Shown here piece after piece: positions 11,254 through 24,109 of a stretch of 64,000 nucleotides of DNA; position 1 is the stretch's first letter, and every line of letters begins with the position of its first letter. Source of the DNA: Selaginella moellendorffii (taxonomy: Eukaryota; Plantae; Lycopodiophyta); assembly GCF_000143415.4 (NCBI RefSeq), contig NW_003314325.1:398567-462566 (forward strand), read 5' to 3'. Below the pieces are notes generated by a model. That model made no database searches and was not told the DNA's origin. It saw nothing but the letters and a program-made list of their open reading frames with translations. The position numbers and the translations under genes were made by a program.

Positions 11254-11810
11254 ATGGTGGTCGCCGGGAAGAAGCAGAAGAAGACCCAGGAGAGCATCAA
11301 CAACAGATTGGCGCTGGTGATGAAGAGCGGCAAGTACACGCTGGGCTACAAGACGGTGCTCAAATCGCTGCGCAGTGGAAAAGGTGTGAAATCCCTCTTT
11401 GTTTCTCTTGCGATTGATCCATTGGCGCATTGGGTGCGCAGGGAAGCTTGTGCTCATCTCCAACAATTGCCCGCCCCTTCGCAAATCGGAGATCGAGTAC
11501 TACGCGATGCTCTCCAAGACGAACGTCCACCACTACAGCGGAAGTAAGTTTTCTCGAAGAAAAGGAGGATTTTTCTCTTCCCTCTCGTTCTAGCTCCAAT
11601 GCTCGAAACTTTCTAACATTGATCTTTCATTCCTCGCAGACAATGTGGAGCTTGGCACCGCTTGCGGGAAATACTACCGGGTTTCGTGCCTCACCATCAC
11701 AGACCCAGGTGAGAATCCTTGGATTGATTTGGAGTTCTTTTCCATCGATTTTCACGGCAATTCTCTTGTCAGGCGATTCGGACATCATCAAATCTATGTC
11801 TGCCGAGTGA
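11254..11810 (+). CDS. RPL30: 60S ribosomal protein L30 (eL30), 4 exons
   Basis: [112 protein letters not shown]. Confidence 0.98.
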
Positions 11811-11973
11811 AAGGAAAATCTATCAATCAGCGCAACTCCATTTTGATCCTTGTAGCCCCTCTTACTCTCGAGAAACATGGAAATCTAATGGGAATTTTCG
11901 TCAAATGTGGCCAATAACTTTAAAGAGCCCTAAAACTAAAGTTTCTAGGTTTAGGGTTGAGGGCTTAGCGAGA

Positions 11974-13624
11974 ATGTTGTGGGTGGACAAGTACCGCCCT
12001 CACACTCTGGACGAGGCGATCGTCCACCAAGAGCAAGCGCAGCGCCTCAAGAGCCTGGTAAAGATCTTCGCGTTGCTTTGGCGTGTCCTTTTGGAGTGAT
12101 CCAATCAATGTGTAGATAGCCGAAGGAGATTGCCCGCATTTGCTCTTCTATGGGCCCTCTGGCGCTGGAAAGAAGACACTTATCATGGCTTTCTTGCGAG
12201 AGCTCTTTGGCGCTGGGGCTCAGCAGGTCTTAGAAAAAAAAATATTCTCGCTTCTTCTTCATTTGGTCTATGTTTCCGCAGGTTCAAGTTGAGAACAAGG
12301 CCTGGAAAGTCGAGGTGATTCTTTCTCTTTGACTTCTTGGTTCTTGGTTCTTTTAGTTCTTGGTTCACTAATGTGGAGGGACGTAGGCCGGAACGAGGAA
12401 AATCGACGTTGAGCTGACCACAGTGGCGAGCAACTACCACGTCGAGCTTAATCCCAGCGATGCGGGATTTCAAGATCGGTACGTGGTTCAAGAGATCATC
12501 AAGGAGATGGCCATGAGCAGGCCTCTCGATCTGGGTGTTGACATAAGTTTCAAAGGTAAAAAAGCTTGGTTTTGTTACTGCCAGTTTCACTTGCTTGTTG
12601 TGGAACAGTTCTCGTCCTTAACGAAGTGGATCGCCTCTCGAAGGAGGCGCAGCATTCACTCAGGCGAACGATGGAGAAGTATAGCGCCGCCTGCCGATTG
12701 ATCCTTTGCTGCACAAGTGCTTCCAAAGTTATCGAGGCTGTTCGATCGCGATGCCTCAACGTGCGGATCAATGCTCCATCTGAAGATGAAGTGAGTTCTT
12801 CGCGCGCTTGTATTTCGAGTGTTTTTTATTCTTCCTCCTCTCGCAGATCACTAAAGTGCTCCAGTTCGTCGCTAAAAAGGAAGAGATACGTCTTCCACCG
12901 GCTTTTGCTGGTCGAATTGCGTTACATTCGAACAGGAACCTACGGCGAGCCATACTTTCATTGGAGGCCTGCAAAGTCCAACAGTAAGTTCTCGAAACAT
13001 TTCAATCAATCCCTCTCTTTAAAATATTCTTTTTCTACTGTCCAGGTATCCGTTCACAGAGAATCAACCTGTTCAGACCACCGATTGGGAGCAATATATT
13101 GTAGAGATCGCATCGGACATAGTCAATGAACAGAGCCCGAAGAGGTTTATTTTCTCTTTCTTTCTTGCTCTTGATAAATTCTCCACGCTTGCAGATTGTT
13201 CATCGTGCGTGGAAAGCTATACGAGCTGCTTGTGAATTGTATCCCTCCTGAAATAGTTTTAAAGGTCAGTCGTGACTCCAGCTTGTAGCAGCACAATGAA
13301 GACAAAGTCTTTTGACTAACTCACATTTCTTGTTCCAGAGGCTACTTGTCGAGCTAATGAAGAAACTAGACTCGGAGCTAAAGCACGAGGTGTGTCACTG
13401 GGCAGCCTATCACGTAAGTAATTTCAAGCGCTTCTTGCTTTTGTTCCGAGCTGAAAGTATGAACACAGGAACATCGTATGCAACTTGGACAGAAGGCTAT
13501 TTTTCATCTCGAAGGTATGCAAAACGATCAAAGAAACTTCGTGCCTGATCCGTGATTTCGTGCAGCCTTTGTCGCCAAGTTTATGAGCGTTTACAAGAAA
13601 TTCCTGATAGCAACCTTTGGTTAG
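11974..13624 (+). CDS. RFC3: Replication factor C small subunit (human RFC3 / yeast Rfc5 type), multi-exon
   Basis: MLWVDKYRP start, Walker A GPSGAGKKT (GKKT variant), ASNYHVELNPSDAG, LNEVD, SRC motif, end AFVAKFMSVYKKFLIATFG* (TAG 13622-13624). Confidence 0.96.
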
Positions 13625-13809
13625 TCGCAGTAAGGCATTGTTCCATAGGAAATCGCTTCTTACACACATTGATTGTGCCACTTAAAGTTCACTTTTTAAG
13701 AAGGAAGGAACCTTTGGCTTGGCCTGAATCGCGACAACAACCTCCTCCGGCGAGTCATACTTTCATTGGAGGCTTTCAAAGCCCAACAATAAGTTCCCTT
13801 ATGATTCTT

Positions 13810-14365
13810 TTCTATTCCTCTCACATAAAAAAACTGTTTTCCGGCTTTTCAGATCTTCCGAGAGCATCAACCTGTTCAGGCCACACTGATTTATAATACA
13901 AACCTCAAATCGCATCGGACAAGAGGTAAAGGGAAACAGGTGTGTGGCACCTTAGCTTAAGTTCCTCTATGCATGCTTGCGGATTATTCCTTGCGTGGAA
14001 AGCTCTACGATCTCCGCGTGACTTGTAATGGCTTTTGAGGAAGAAGCTCAGTCGAGATTCCCGTTCCAATGGAGACAAAGGCCACTTCTCTCTTTTCTCG
14101 ATTTTGATGTTTCCAGAGGCTACTCGTCACGTCCAGGTGCTAGCTAAATCGTGAGCAGTCACAAACGTAAGTTACTTGAGATCCTTCTTGACTTAGCATG
14201 CTAAAGCAAAGAACTTAATTCCAGGAACATCAAGATAAGAGGCCATTAAGGTATGTGTAAGATTTTTGTCTTCCATTCTTTTCATAGTTTTTTTCCAGAC
14301 TCTGCTCCGTGATTCCGTGGGGCCTTTGTATCGCCCACAAGAAATTCCTGATGCCAAACTTTGGA
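13810..14365 (+). pseudogene. Decayed tandem duplicate of the 3' half of RFC3
   Basis: Ordered matches to 13020-13620: ATCAACCTGTTCAG, ATCGCATCGGACA, TGCGTGGAAAGCT, TTCCAGAGGCTACT, CCGTGATT, ACAAGAAATTCCTGAT; exons carry deletions. Confidence 0.85.
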
Positions 14366-15048
14366 AAACATAAGTATAGGCTCGATTCGATCAAACAAAA
14401 AGGTCCACGCCATTGATCTCAGTGCGAGAGCGATACTTTAAAATATACGTTTTGATCGAACAGAGCTCCCTCTTATCTTAAGATCAGGGCGACCGGAATC
14501 CAAAGTATTCGCGGGGGGAATATTTCTTTTCTCTCTCCGTCCGTACTATCATGAAACCCGTGACCCACAGGGAGGTTTGAAAATTACAGGGGGTAACAGT
14601 TGACAGACAGTGTTGCCAGCGGACAATGATATTTACACAAATCATTGATAATTTTTTTCACCTTGGGGAAAAAGAAACCGGCGGCGGTGGTACGGTATGA
14701 CATGACAAGCGTTGACGTGGCCAGAAATTCGCCCGAAGAACAAACAAGGTCTACCCTGGCGTTACTCTACTCTTAGAGGGAACAAAAGAGAAAGAAAGAA
14801 ACGGCTATAGAAGAGAGGGATGAATGATCGAAGAATGCGTGTCTCTTCCGGGCAAGATTCTTGTCCATGGCGATGGCGCTCGCGCTGATTTGTTATCTTC
14901 CCTTCTTCTGGATGATTGATCGCGGCCCAGTCGCAGACGCAACGACGAGCTAGGTGGTGACGCCTCTGGATCATCGCATTCCTGTGGAAAGCGATCGGCC
15001 GATTCCATTTATTTCGAGCTCCTCCTCGGCGCAGCGCTCGGATTATCG

Positions 15049-18000
15049 ATGTCGGCGGCGCCCCGGGCGATCATCCAGGTCTATTCTCTCGTTCTTTCCC
15101 TCTTCCTGGTAGCGGCAGTGGATGAATCCGCCGTAGCGGCTCACGAATCATCCTCCCAGACGTGGTGCAAGGCCGAGGAAGAGGCGGCGCTCTTGGATTT
15201 CCGGCGCTCTTTCGCGTCCCAGCCCGGCGAGGTCTTCGATTCTTGGATCCTGTCCAGGACGTGCTGCGCGTGGCGAGGGATCCAATGCAGCTCCGCCAAG
15301 GACGACGATGATTCGCGGCGCTTCACGGCTCTCAGCGATGGCTACCGGGTTCGTGTTCTTTCCCTCCCAGGGCTCAAGCTCGCGGGCGAGATCCCGCCGT
15401 CCATCGCCAGGCTCCGGGCGCTCGAGGCCGTCGATCTCTCCGCCAACCAGATCTCCGGCTCGATTCCTGCACAGCTCGTCTCCCTCGCGCACCTCAAGCT
15501 CCTCGATCTCAGCGCCAACAATCTCTCGGGCGCTCTCCCGCCGGCCTTCCGCCAGGGATTTCCAGCGATCGTCCGCCTTAATCTCTCGGACAACCTCCTC
15601 GAGGGCCCGATCCCGCCGATGCTGTCCTCGGCATCGATCGAGTCGCTCGACCTGAGCTACAATTTCTTCGCCGGCGCGCTGCCCAGCCCGATGATCTGCG
15701 CTCCATTCCTCAACGTCTCCAACAACGAGCTCTCGGGCCCCGTCCTCGCCACGCTCGCGCACTGCCCATCGATCCAGTCGATCAACGCCGCCGCAAACAT
15801 GCTCAATCGCTCGCTGGCAGCGGCGCCCGAGGTGGATTTCTTCGCGAGCCCGGCCGCCAGGAGCATCAAGCTCCTAGATCTCTCCACCAACGCCATCCCG
15901 GGCGGCATTCCAGCGGTGATCGGCCGCCTCGCGGCGCTGGAGGAGCTCTTCCTCGGCTACAACAGCCTCGGCGGCGAGATCCCCAGCTCCATCTCCAACA
16001 TCTCGGCGCTGAGGATCCTGAGCCTCCGCAACAACGATCTGGGCGGCGAGATGGCGGCGCTCGACTTCTCCCGCCTGCCAAACCTCACGGAGCTGGACCT
16101 CTCGTACAACCGCATCTCGGGGAACATTCCGTCGGGAATATCCCAGTGCCGCCACCTGACGGCGCTGACGCTGGGCAAGAACGAGCTGCGCGGGGATATT
16201 CCGTCGTCACTTGGCGCGCTTCGCAAGCTCGAGACGCTCTCTCTCTCCGGGAACGAGCTCGGGGGTGGAATCCCGGCCGAGCTCCAGGAATGCGAGGCGC
16301 TCGTCATGCTGGTGCTCTCCAAGAACAGCTTCACGGAGCCTCTGCCCGATCGGAACGTCACGGGGTTTCGCAATCTCCAGCTCCTGGCGATCGGGAATGC
16401 CGGGCTCTCGGGATCCATCCCGGCGTGGATTGGCAACTGCAGCAAGCTCCAGGTGCTGGATCTCAGCTGGAACAGGCTCGTCGGCGACATCCCCCGGTGG
16501 ATTGGAGCTCTGGATCACCTCTTCTACCTGGATCTCTCCAACAATTCCTTCACTGGGTCGATACCCCCGGACATCCTCGGCATCCGCTGCCTGATCGAGG
16601 ACGAGGACGCGAGCAGCAGCGCCGCGGATGATCTCCGCCCAGTCGCCAACACGCTCTTCGTCAAGCACCGATCCAACTCAAGCGCGCTCCAGTACAACCA
16701 GGTGTCGGCGTTCCCTCCCTCGATCATCCTCGCCAGCAACAATCTCTCCGGAGTGATCCCACTGGAGTTTGGCAAGCTGAGGAAGCTGGTGTCGCTGGAT
16801 CTCAGCAACAACAGGCTGGTTGGATCGATCCCGGCGTGCCTGGCCAACGCGTCGGACCTGGAATCGCTGGATCTCTCCTCGAATGGGCTCTCGGGCAGCA
16901 TCCCGCCATCGCTGGTGAAGCTCACGTTCCTCGCGGCGTTCAATGTGAGCTTCAATCGGCTGTCTGGGGCGATCCCTTCCGGGAACCAGTTCGCGAGCTT
17001 CTCCAATTCCTCCTACATCGCGAATTCCAGGCTCTGCGGCGCGCCACTCTCGAACCAGTGCCCGGCGGCGGCGATGGAGGCGAGCTCCAGCTCCTCGCGG
17101 GGCGGCGGCGGCGATCAAAGGGGTCCCATGAATCGCGGCGCGATAATGGGGATCACCATCAGTATCAGCCTGGGTCTCACGGCGCTGTTCGCCGCGATGC
17201 TCATGCTGTCCTTCTCGCGCGCGCGGGCGGGGCACCGGCAGGACATTGCGGGGCGGAATTTCAAGGAGATGAGCGTCGCCCAGATGATGGATCTGACGGT
17301 CACCATGTTCGGGCAGCGCTACCGTCGGATCACCGTGGGCGACCTCATCAAGGCCACAAACAACTTCGACGCGACCAACATCATCGGCTGTGGTGGCTTT
17401 GGGCTGGTCTTCAAGGCCAACCTTCCGGACGGGAATGTGGTGGCGATCAAGCGGCTCACGAGCGAGGATGGAGGGCCGCAGATGGAGAAGGAATTCGACG
17501 CGGAATTGTCCACCCTGGGGAACATTACGCACCCCAATCTTGTCTCCCTGGAGGGCTACTGCCGGCTGGGAATGCGCGACCGGCTACTGGTCTATTCCTA
17601 CATGGAAAACGGCAGCCTCGACTACTGGCTCCACGAGCGATCCGACGGCGGGAGCCGGCTCACGTGGCGGCATCGCCTGGCCATTCTGCGCGAAACGGCC
17701 AGGGGATTGGAGTACCTCCACCGTGGATGCAACCCACACATTGTCCACCGGGACATCAAGTCGAGCAACATACTCCTGGACGGCGATCTGCGCGCGCACG
17801 TGGCGGATTTTGGACTGGCGAGGCTCATGCTGCCGTCGGATACGCACGTGACAACGGAGCTGGTCGGGACGCTGGGGTATATACCCCCGGAATATGCGCA
17901 GTCGTCCGAGGCGTCACTGCGCGGGGACGTGTATAGCTTTGGGGTGTTGGTGCTCGAGGTGTTGAGCCGGAGGAGGCCGGTGGACGCTTGCCGGAGGGGT

Positions 18001-18249
18001 GGGATTCGCGATCTTGTGCCGTGGGTGGAAGGGATGCAAGCTACCGGGAGGGGGATCGAGATTGTGGATCCACTGCTGCTCCAGAATTACTCCGAGGTGG
18101 ACGCCTTGGAGGAGATGCTGCGGGTGTTGGATGTGGCTTGCTACTGCGTGGATTCTTGCCCCCAGAGGAGGCCTGGGATTGAGGAGGTTGTGGCTTGGTT
18201 GGATGCCGTGGGATCGAGCAGGCTCAAGGTGGGATTGGGCAAACCTTAG
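15049..18249 (+). CDS. PSKR: Phytosulfokine-receptor-type (PSKR/PSY1R, LRR-X) LRR receptor kinase, intronless, 1066 aa
   Basis: Signal peptide, N-terminal Cys pair, ~20 LxxLxLxxNxLxGxIP repeats, island domain ending LQYNQVSAFPPSIIL, TM helix, kinase with IIGCGGFGLV, HRDIKSSN, DFG, THVTTELVGTLGYIPPEY. Confidence 0.93.
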   Translation: MSAAPRAIIQVYSLVLSLFLVAAVDESAVAAHESSSQTWCKAEEEAALLDFRRSFASQPGEVFDSWILSRTCCAWRGIQCSSAKDDDDSRRFTALSDGYRVRVLSLPGLKLAGEIPPSIARLRALEAVDLSANQISGSIPAQLVSLAHLKLLDLSANNLSGALPPAFRQGFPAIVRLNLSDNLLEGPIPPMLSSASIESLDLSYNFFAGALPSPMICAPFLNVSNNELSGPVLATLAHCPSIQSINAAANMLNRSLAAAPEVDFFASPAARSIKLLDLSTNAIPGGIPAVIGRLAALEELFLGYNSLGGEIPSSISNISALRILSLRNNDLGGEMAALDFSRLPNLTELDLSYNRISGNIPSGISQCRHLTALTLGKNELRGDIPSSLGALRKLETLSLSGNELGGGIPAELQECEALVMLVLSKNSFTEPLPDRNVTGFRNLQLLAIGNAGLSGSIPAWIGNCSKLQVLDLSWNRLVGDIPRWIGALDHLFYLDLSNNSFTGSIPPDILGIRCLIEDEDASSSAADDLRPVANTLFVKHRSNSSALQYNQVSAFPPSIILASNNLSGVIPLEFGKLRKLVSLDLSNNRLVGSIPACLANASDLESLDLSSNGLSGSIPPSLVKLTFLAAFNVSFNRLSGAIPSGNQFASFSNSSYIANSRLCGAPLSNQCPAAAMEASSSSSRGGGGDQRGPMNRGAIMGITISISLGLTALFAAMLMLSFSRARAGHRQDIAGRNFKEMSVAQMMDLTVTMFGQRYRRITVGDLIKATNNFDATNIIGCGGFGLVFKANLPDGNVVAIKRLTSEDGGPQMEKEFDAELSTLGNITHPNLVSLEGYCRLGMRDRLLVYSYMENGSLDYWLHERSDGGSRLTWRHRLAILRETARGLEYLHRGCNPHIVHRDIKSSNILLDGDLRAHVADFGLARLMLPSDTHVTTELVGTLGYIPPEYAQSSEASLRGDVYSFGVLVLEVLSRRRPVDACRRGGIRDLVPWVEGMQATGRGIEIVDPLLLQNYSEVDALEEMLRVLDVACYCVDSCPQRRPGIEEVVAWLDAVGSSRLKVGLGKP

Positions 18250-21200
18250 AGCGGGTTTCTTTGCTTTCGTGACTACAAATGCCCATGTCCGGTGTGTGAC
18301 TATGATTCTTACAGCAAATGCCCAGGCAGGGCATTACAGGGAATATAAAGAATACTGGCGCAAGAACTGCGTGACTAGTCCTCCACTCAAGCAATGGCGG
18401 ATTTGCAGCTCTAAACTTTTGATGGGACGTGACACTCACCAAGTTAAGCTGAGAAAGTTTGAGCAAATAGCGAGCGACTTGTTCTTTGATATGGCTGGAA
18501 GAAATAAACTGCGAGTATACTGGCGTATGTTGCACAAAACATTTATCCAAGAATCATCACTTGATGCATTGTGTGGTGGTTGTCGAGCAGCAGTGATAAT
18601 GCTTAGCACAATGTTGGCTACAGGGATGTTCTAAAGTGGAAAGCAAATATAGCCTTGGAGAGTGGCCTTGAGATTGTGGCGAGATCCAGGATAGGACTCG
18701 GGAGTGATCTTTCAGGAACTTGGAAGGGATATTTTGTACCTTGAAATTTGAAATATAAGAGCACTCTTGTGTTGTGTCTGCTACAGGAAAACTAAAGTTG
18801 TGTTAATCGACCTTAAAGTTAGTGATCCTGTCCAAATGCTTCACACCGCAGTGCAAAAAAACATGGATTGTAAGCTCACATCTGCAAAACAATCGCGAAG
18901 TCGGATATGGAAAGCTGGACGCCTATAGACAGCATGATTCTGCCAAGTGCCGGAGCATAGTGATCTTTTCTGGCCCTGAAAGTTCATCAAAGTTTATATA
19001 CAATCTCAAATATTCTTTTTGATCCAACCAGTTCTTAAGGAACTGCATTCTTATGTCAAACCTGACTGGCAAAGGATGTGCGTACTCAATACTGAAGACT
19101 AGCTAGACCAAGAGTGATAGGGTTTTCAATTTGCAACCATTGCATTGTAGTCTTATGCCTCTAGTTGGGCGCTACAAGACAACATGTCTTATTATTAAGA
19201 GACGCTGGATAGAAACTTTATGATTTTGTAAGTAAAAGATTCAAAGAAGAAAGGAAATAGAAGTTGCAAAAAGTGAGGACAAACATAATATACAATCTGG
19301 TGTTTCTTTTGGTATTTAAAGTCCCTCCCATGTCATGTCAAAAAGAAAGCACTTGATTGAAACAAAATTGTGATTGCATCAAACGGCAAATCTTGCCAGG
19401 CTGGTTGAGCAAGATTTTATAAACATCCATGTTTTGTTTGCAACTTATTAATTAAAACGTGGTAAGTTTTTCTATACCTTGCCTTTTTCATATAAGGCAT
19501 GGCCACTGTTCCACTTGTGCTTCAAATGAGATCTTATTCTATCTATAATTGAGTCCAAGCTTGTGAGGGATTAATGTAAAGCACGAGGCATTCCTGGCTG
19601 ATCGATCATCTATTATTTCTAGAAGTGGTGTCAATGCCGCTGGTTGAATCTTGCCCTGAAATTGGCGTGGAATTTGACCTCATCCCAAACAGTGTCACCA
19701 CTGATCTATCTGTGCGTGCAAGGAACGTTAATCCTGCTCGATCCAAGGAGCTGCTCATCGATTCCAAGGTCCCTAAACTTTTTTCTTTGCTGCTAGTGTT
19801 TCAAGGCCATAGTAACCCAATTAATGCCAATTTCAAGCACAAGAACTACACGTTGCCTTAAACTAAGAACCATGGTGAATGGAGTTGACTATAGACAAAA
19901 ATATTGGCAATAAAAACGATTCCTCCCTTCCTAATTCTAAGGCAAGAGGATTACGGCATGTAAAAAAGTGGTATATGGCACAACAAACCGGGCGACAAGG
20001 CTTTACTATCACGTAAAAGGTGAAGTCAAAAAGAAGAAGAATCTGGGACCACGCACTCACGTGGACGCGCGCCAGTCGCCAGATCCCCGCGAATCGGGCG
20101 GCTCACGGGACGCTTGCGCTGCATGGCCACCTTACCAAGGCCCATGCACACGTCCGACACAGCGCGAGTAGAAAAGTATATGGAATTTGCGTCAAAGCTG
20201 GCGGGAATTTCTCGAGCGCCAAAACCGTGACGTGCACATGAAGATGCGGACAAATGCCCATCACCAAATGTTCCCAGGATATCCCTCATCCTATACCGTG
20301 ACGTTCGCTTACGCAACCACGAGACTCTCGCGTCCTCGCGCATCCGTGACCATCGCGGGATCTCTCAAGTAAGACTTTAAAACCCCTCTTTTCCATCCAA
20401 TCCATCCGACAGACTTGAATCTCTTCTACTTCCCCCAAGATTAAACTCGTCTCGACTCAAAACGCTTCATCTTCCACACGGAAGAGAAACGAAAGCAAGC
20501 ATGCAAATCCCACCAGAAACCGAGGAAGAACCGAGATCCTTTGCAAAATGCCCAGTGGGGGCATTCATTATAAAGCTGGGAAAAGGTACGAAGAAGCCTC
20601 TCCGCTGTGGAAAGGAATAAAGAAGCCGCGAGGGTTTCGCGCCGTCGTCATGCCCGTGAGCCACCACCTAAAAACGCTTCGATTTTTCGGGGTCGTTGGT
20701 TTTTGCCCCTTTTGCGTTCCTCTCCAACCGAAAACAACTCGGCCCTCCATTACTCTCGCCCATGATGCCTCCAATTTCTTCTCTGGTTATATTTCTACAT
20801 TATTTGTATACTTTTGTATGATTTTCATCTCGACCATATCCGTACTTCGTTGAAATTACTAATGGAATCTCGTGTGGTTCTAGAACCGTAGAAACCACCC
20901 TGTTTACGTTTCTTTTGTTCCCAGTTCTTAGCGACCGTGTCACCCTCACTAAAATTCTCTCGTTGCCAAAGAATTTGCGCGGTCCCCCGAGGAAAGGAGC
21001 TGCAATCAAGCTACAAATTCCACGTATCCTTGACTAAAAACTTCTCGTCCAAACTAGCAATCGTATGTATGTTGAAGCCAACCAAAAGAGAAGAATACAA
21101 AGCTTTAAAAGTTGACCCGCATTGTTCCCGTCAACACAAGAACTGGAACGACAAATTTCAAATATTAATTTATAATTTAAAACAACTAAAACGTTTACTA

Positions 21201-21983
21201 CAAAAATACCAAACAACGAAAATAGAAAAAAATAGAAAAAAAGAAAATAGAGAGTAAAGAATGCTGGCTGGCTTCGTCGCCCAGTGCCGGTGTCCTCCTT
21301 TTAAGAATCTCTCCACATAATATATAAACGAGAAGAGGCCCCTCTGTCGCAAAGCCCGGTTTCCTCGCCCGAGAGCTCCAGTTTCTTCGCAGAGAAATAG
21401 CGAAATAGCGAGAGAGAGTGAGAGAGAGAAAGAGAGAACGATTCTTCCTTCATTGCCGTGATGCGACCAAAACTTCCTCTCGAGATCGCGAAGAATTCCA
21501 CCGCTTCGCCTTGAGAGAGAGATCCTTCCGTGCCGCCTCTATGGATCCACCGGAATGTCATTGAAACATACATATATGATTTTGGAAGTTTGGTTGGAAG
21601 AGAAGATCCACTGTTGGTCACTGTCCGTGCGTTGGGTCGCCTCGTTCTTTGCCACGCCATAATTCTTGTGGCTATGTCATCCTCCCTCTCCCACAGTCGC
21701 GCCCTCGTTTTTTTGTGCGTCTCCCATCGTACAGGTAGCTAGTACTAGTTCTCGTGTTGACCTCCATCGCCAAAGCTTCTCCATCCTCTTCTTCTTCTTC
21801 TAGTTCGTCCTCTTGTTGCTTAGTTTCTCTAGCAGGCCGAGCAGCGCGCAAGGGAAAGGAAAAGAAAAGAGATGGTTTTGACAAGTTTATGATAAGGTGG
21901 TCGCTGTGCTGCTGCTGTGGCGGTCGACCACCGCGCTCAAAATCGCGTTTTGATCGAGGGAATTGCGTGCGCGAGATCGGGAA

Positions 21984-23683
21984 ATGCAGCTGGAAGTGGA
22001 GATGGATCAAGGGGCTTCCTCCCCCCCGCTCCACAACTCGAGGAAGAGGCTGTCGTCCGTGGAGGAGGACGATCTTGACGCGCCAGGATCTTCGGATAGC
22101 AACAACACCGTGAGTGGCGATGGCAGCAGCGATGGCGCGACCGTGCTCGGCGGCCCGTTTGGATCGTCGTCGGCGAGGAGCAGCGTGAGGCAGTACATTC
22201 GATCCAAGATGCCCCGCTTGCGATGGACTCCGGATCTCCACGAGTGCTTCGTCCGCGCGGTGGACCGACTGGGCGGCCAAGACAGTAAGTGGAATTCTAC
22301 TGCAAAGGCATAGATTTTCTCTTTTAAGTTCTTCTTCTTTGAGTTCCATCAATCAATAGTGGCAGTAGCAATTCATTGATTGAATGGTAGATTGATTGTC
22401 AGTACCTCTTCTTTCTTTCTTTCTTTTATGGTTCTTAAGTTCTTGCATCTATGTAGGAGCTACTCCAAAGCTCGTCCTGCAACTCATGGGCGTCAAAGGT
22501 CTCACAATTGCGCACGTCAAGAGCCATCTCCAGGTCTGCAATTTCTCTCGCGAAACCAGCAAGAAATCCTCAAAATTCTTCTGTGGAAACTTGCAGATGT
22601 ACCGCAGCATGAAGAACGACGAGAACGGACCCGGTGAGAAATCTCTTTCTTCTTCTTCCTCCTTGTACTGACGCTACTAAAGCTTTTGCGTGATGCAGTG
22701 GTCATGGAGGAGAGGAAAGGCGAGCAAGCACAAGCAGCCGTAGCCAGCGACGCCAGCCTCCTTCACCATCCTTGGACGCCGCAGCTCCAGCAAATCCGTG
22801 GCGAGAAGAAATGCCGGGACAATCCTAATGCACAGCAGCAGTACTACGCTCACAATTACTTCCATCGACCAGTTCTTCAGCCACTGGATTGTCATGCCAG
22901 GTAATTCAACGTAAGCTTGAGTGGAACCACCATCTAGGATAGCGACGGCCTCCTAAAAGAGAGAACTTCTTCTTCTACTACTTCGCCTTCTCCTCGATCG
23001 AAAGAGCGGTGGTTGTTTCTGATACGGTGAAGATTCCTCGTTGCAGGACGGAGGATGCATGGAGCCAAATCGCCAGTCCAAATCAATCACAGGAGTGGCT
23101 CTCGAGACTGTCAATCGCGGCCACTAAGTGCTACAGCGAGCGGTTTAACGATCTCCAGATTGGCTGGAGGAAAAACCATCACACTCTCTTCCAGCAAACT
23201 GGAGGAGATGATAACACTCTGCGCTCGCGATCGCTAGAGAGAGAGGAATCCCGGATACATTCCAGCATTCTCCTCTCCCAGAACAGGATAAACAGCTGCC
23301 CCGCGCTGATCCACTTTGACGAGATCCTGGAAGGCAGCAGGAGCGCCATGAAGCATCACGAAAACTTCAACTTCCATCCCCAGGTAAGAAGCTCCACCTT
23401 TCTTTTCTTTTTTTAAAGCTTGAAGACTCACTACTAACGATGGAATTGGATCGTGCTTGGCCAGCATAATCTCGAGGAGAAAAGCCCGGGCTTTTTTAAG
23501 ACGATGGGTCAAGTTGATAGTACCTTGTCTTTGTCCTCACCGACAAAGCACCAAAGGCCCAGCGGCAAAGCTCCCATGGTCACTGCCTCGGATCTAAAGA
23601 GACTTAAGCTGGCGCTGCTTGACCCAATCCAAGCTCCAAACGGTGTCAAGTTGGAGCTCACCATGGCCACTGGGGACGCCTAA
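21984..23683 (+). CDS. GARP/G2-like MYB-related transcription factor, multi-exon
   Basis: VRQYIRSKMPRLRWTPDLHECFVRAVDRLGGQD/RATPKLVLQLMGVKGLTIAHVKSHLQ/MYRSMK; C-terminal TLSLS and LELTM EAR-like motifs. Confidence 0.93.
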
Positions 23684-24109
23684 AACTCGTCCAAATAACA
23701 CACATTCCTATGCCTCTGTGTTACAACTCTTAGAAACTCTGCTACATAACGGACCTTTGTACAAAAACGACTTTGGAGCCCAGAGAGCTGACCTTCTACT
23801 AAACTGTTCTTTCCTCTCTCCTGTTTTTTTCCTCCCAAAGATGACATTTTTACACGGGCAAGAATTTAGAAGTACGTAGATTTTACTCTTGACAATGTAT
23901 AGAATAAAACTTTGTACGAAAAGTCGTTCCCATGAGAATTTCTCGAAAAAGAATCTTATGCTGAGGATCTAGAAGAATGTAAATAGCGATTTTTCTATAG
24001 CCACGAACTTTATGACATGATCCATAAACAAAATCACAGTCCTCAAGAAACGTGAGAGCATTGCAAGAGTTTCAACAATAACGCAGCGAGGAAAATGGTT
24101 TTTTAGTCC

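Noticed and set aside
15141-18634. Many overlapping ORFs inside the LRR kinase
   Set aside because: Shadow frames caused by high GC3.
20000-20360. Cluster of ACGT/G-box cores upstream of the GARP gene
   Set aside because: Plausibly regulatory, but short motifs in GC-rich DNA cannot be validated without conservation data.
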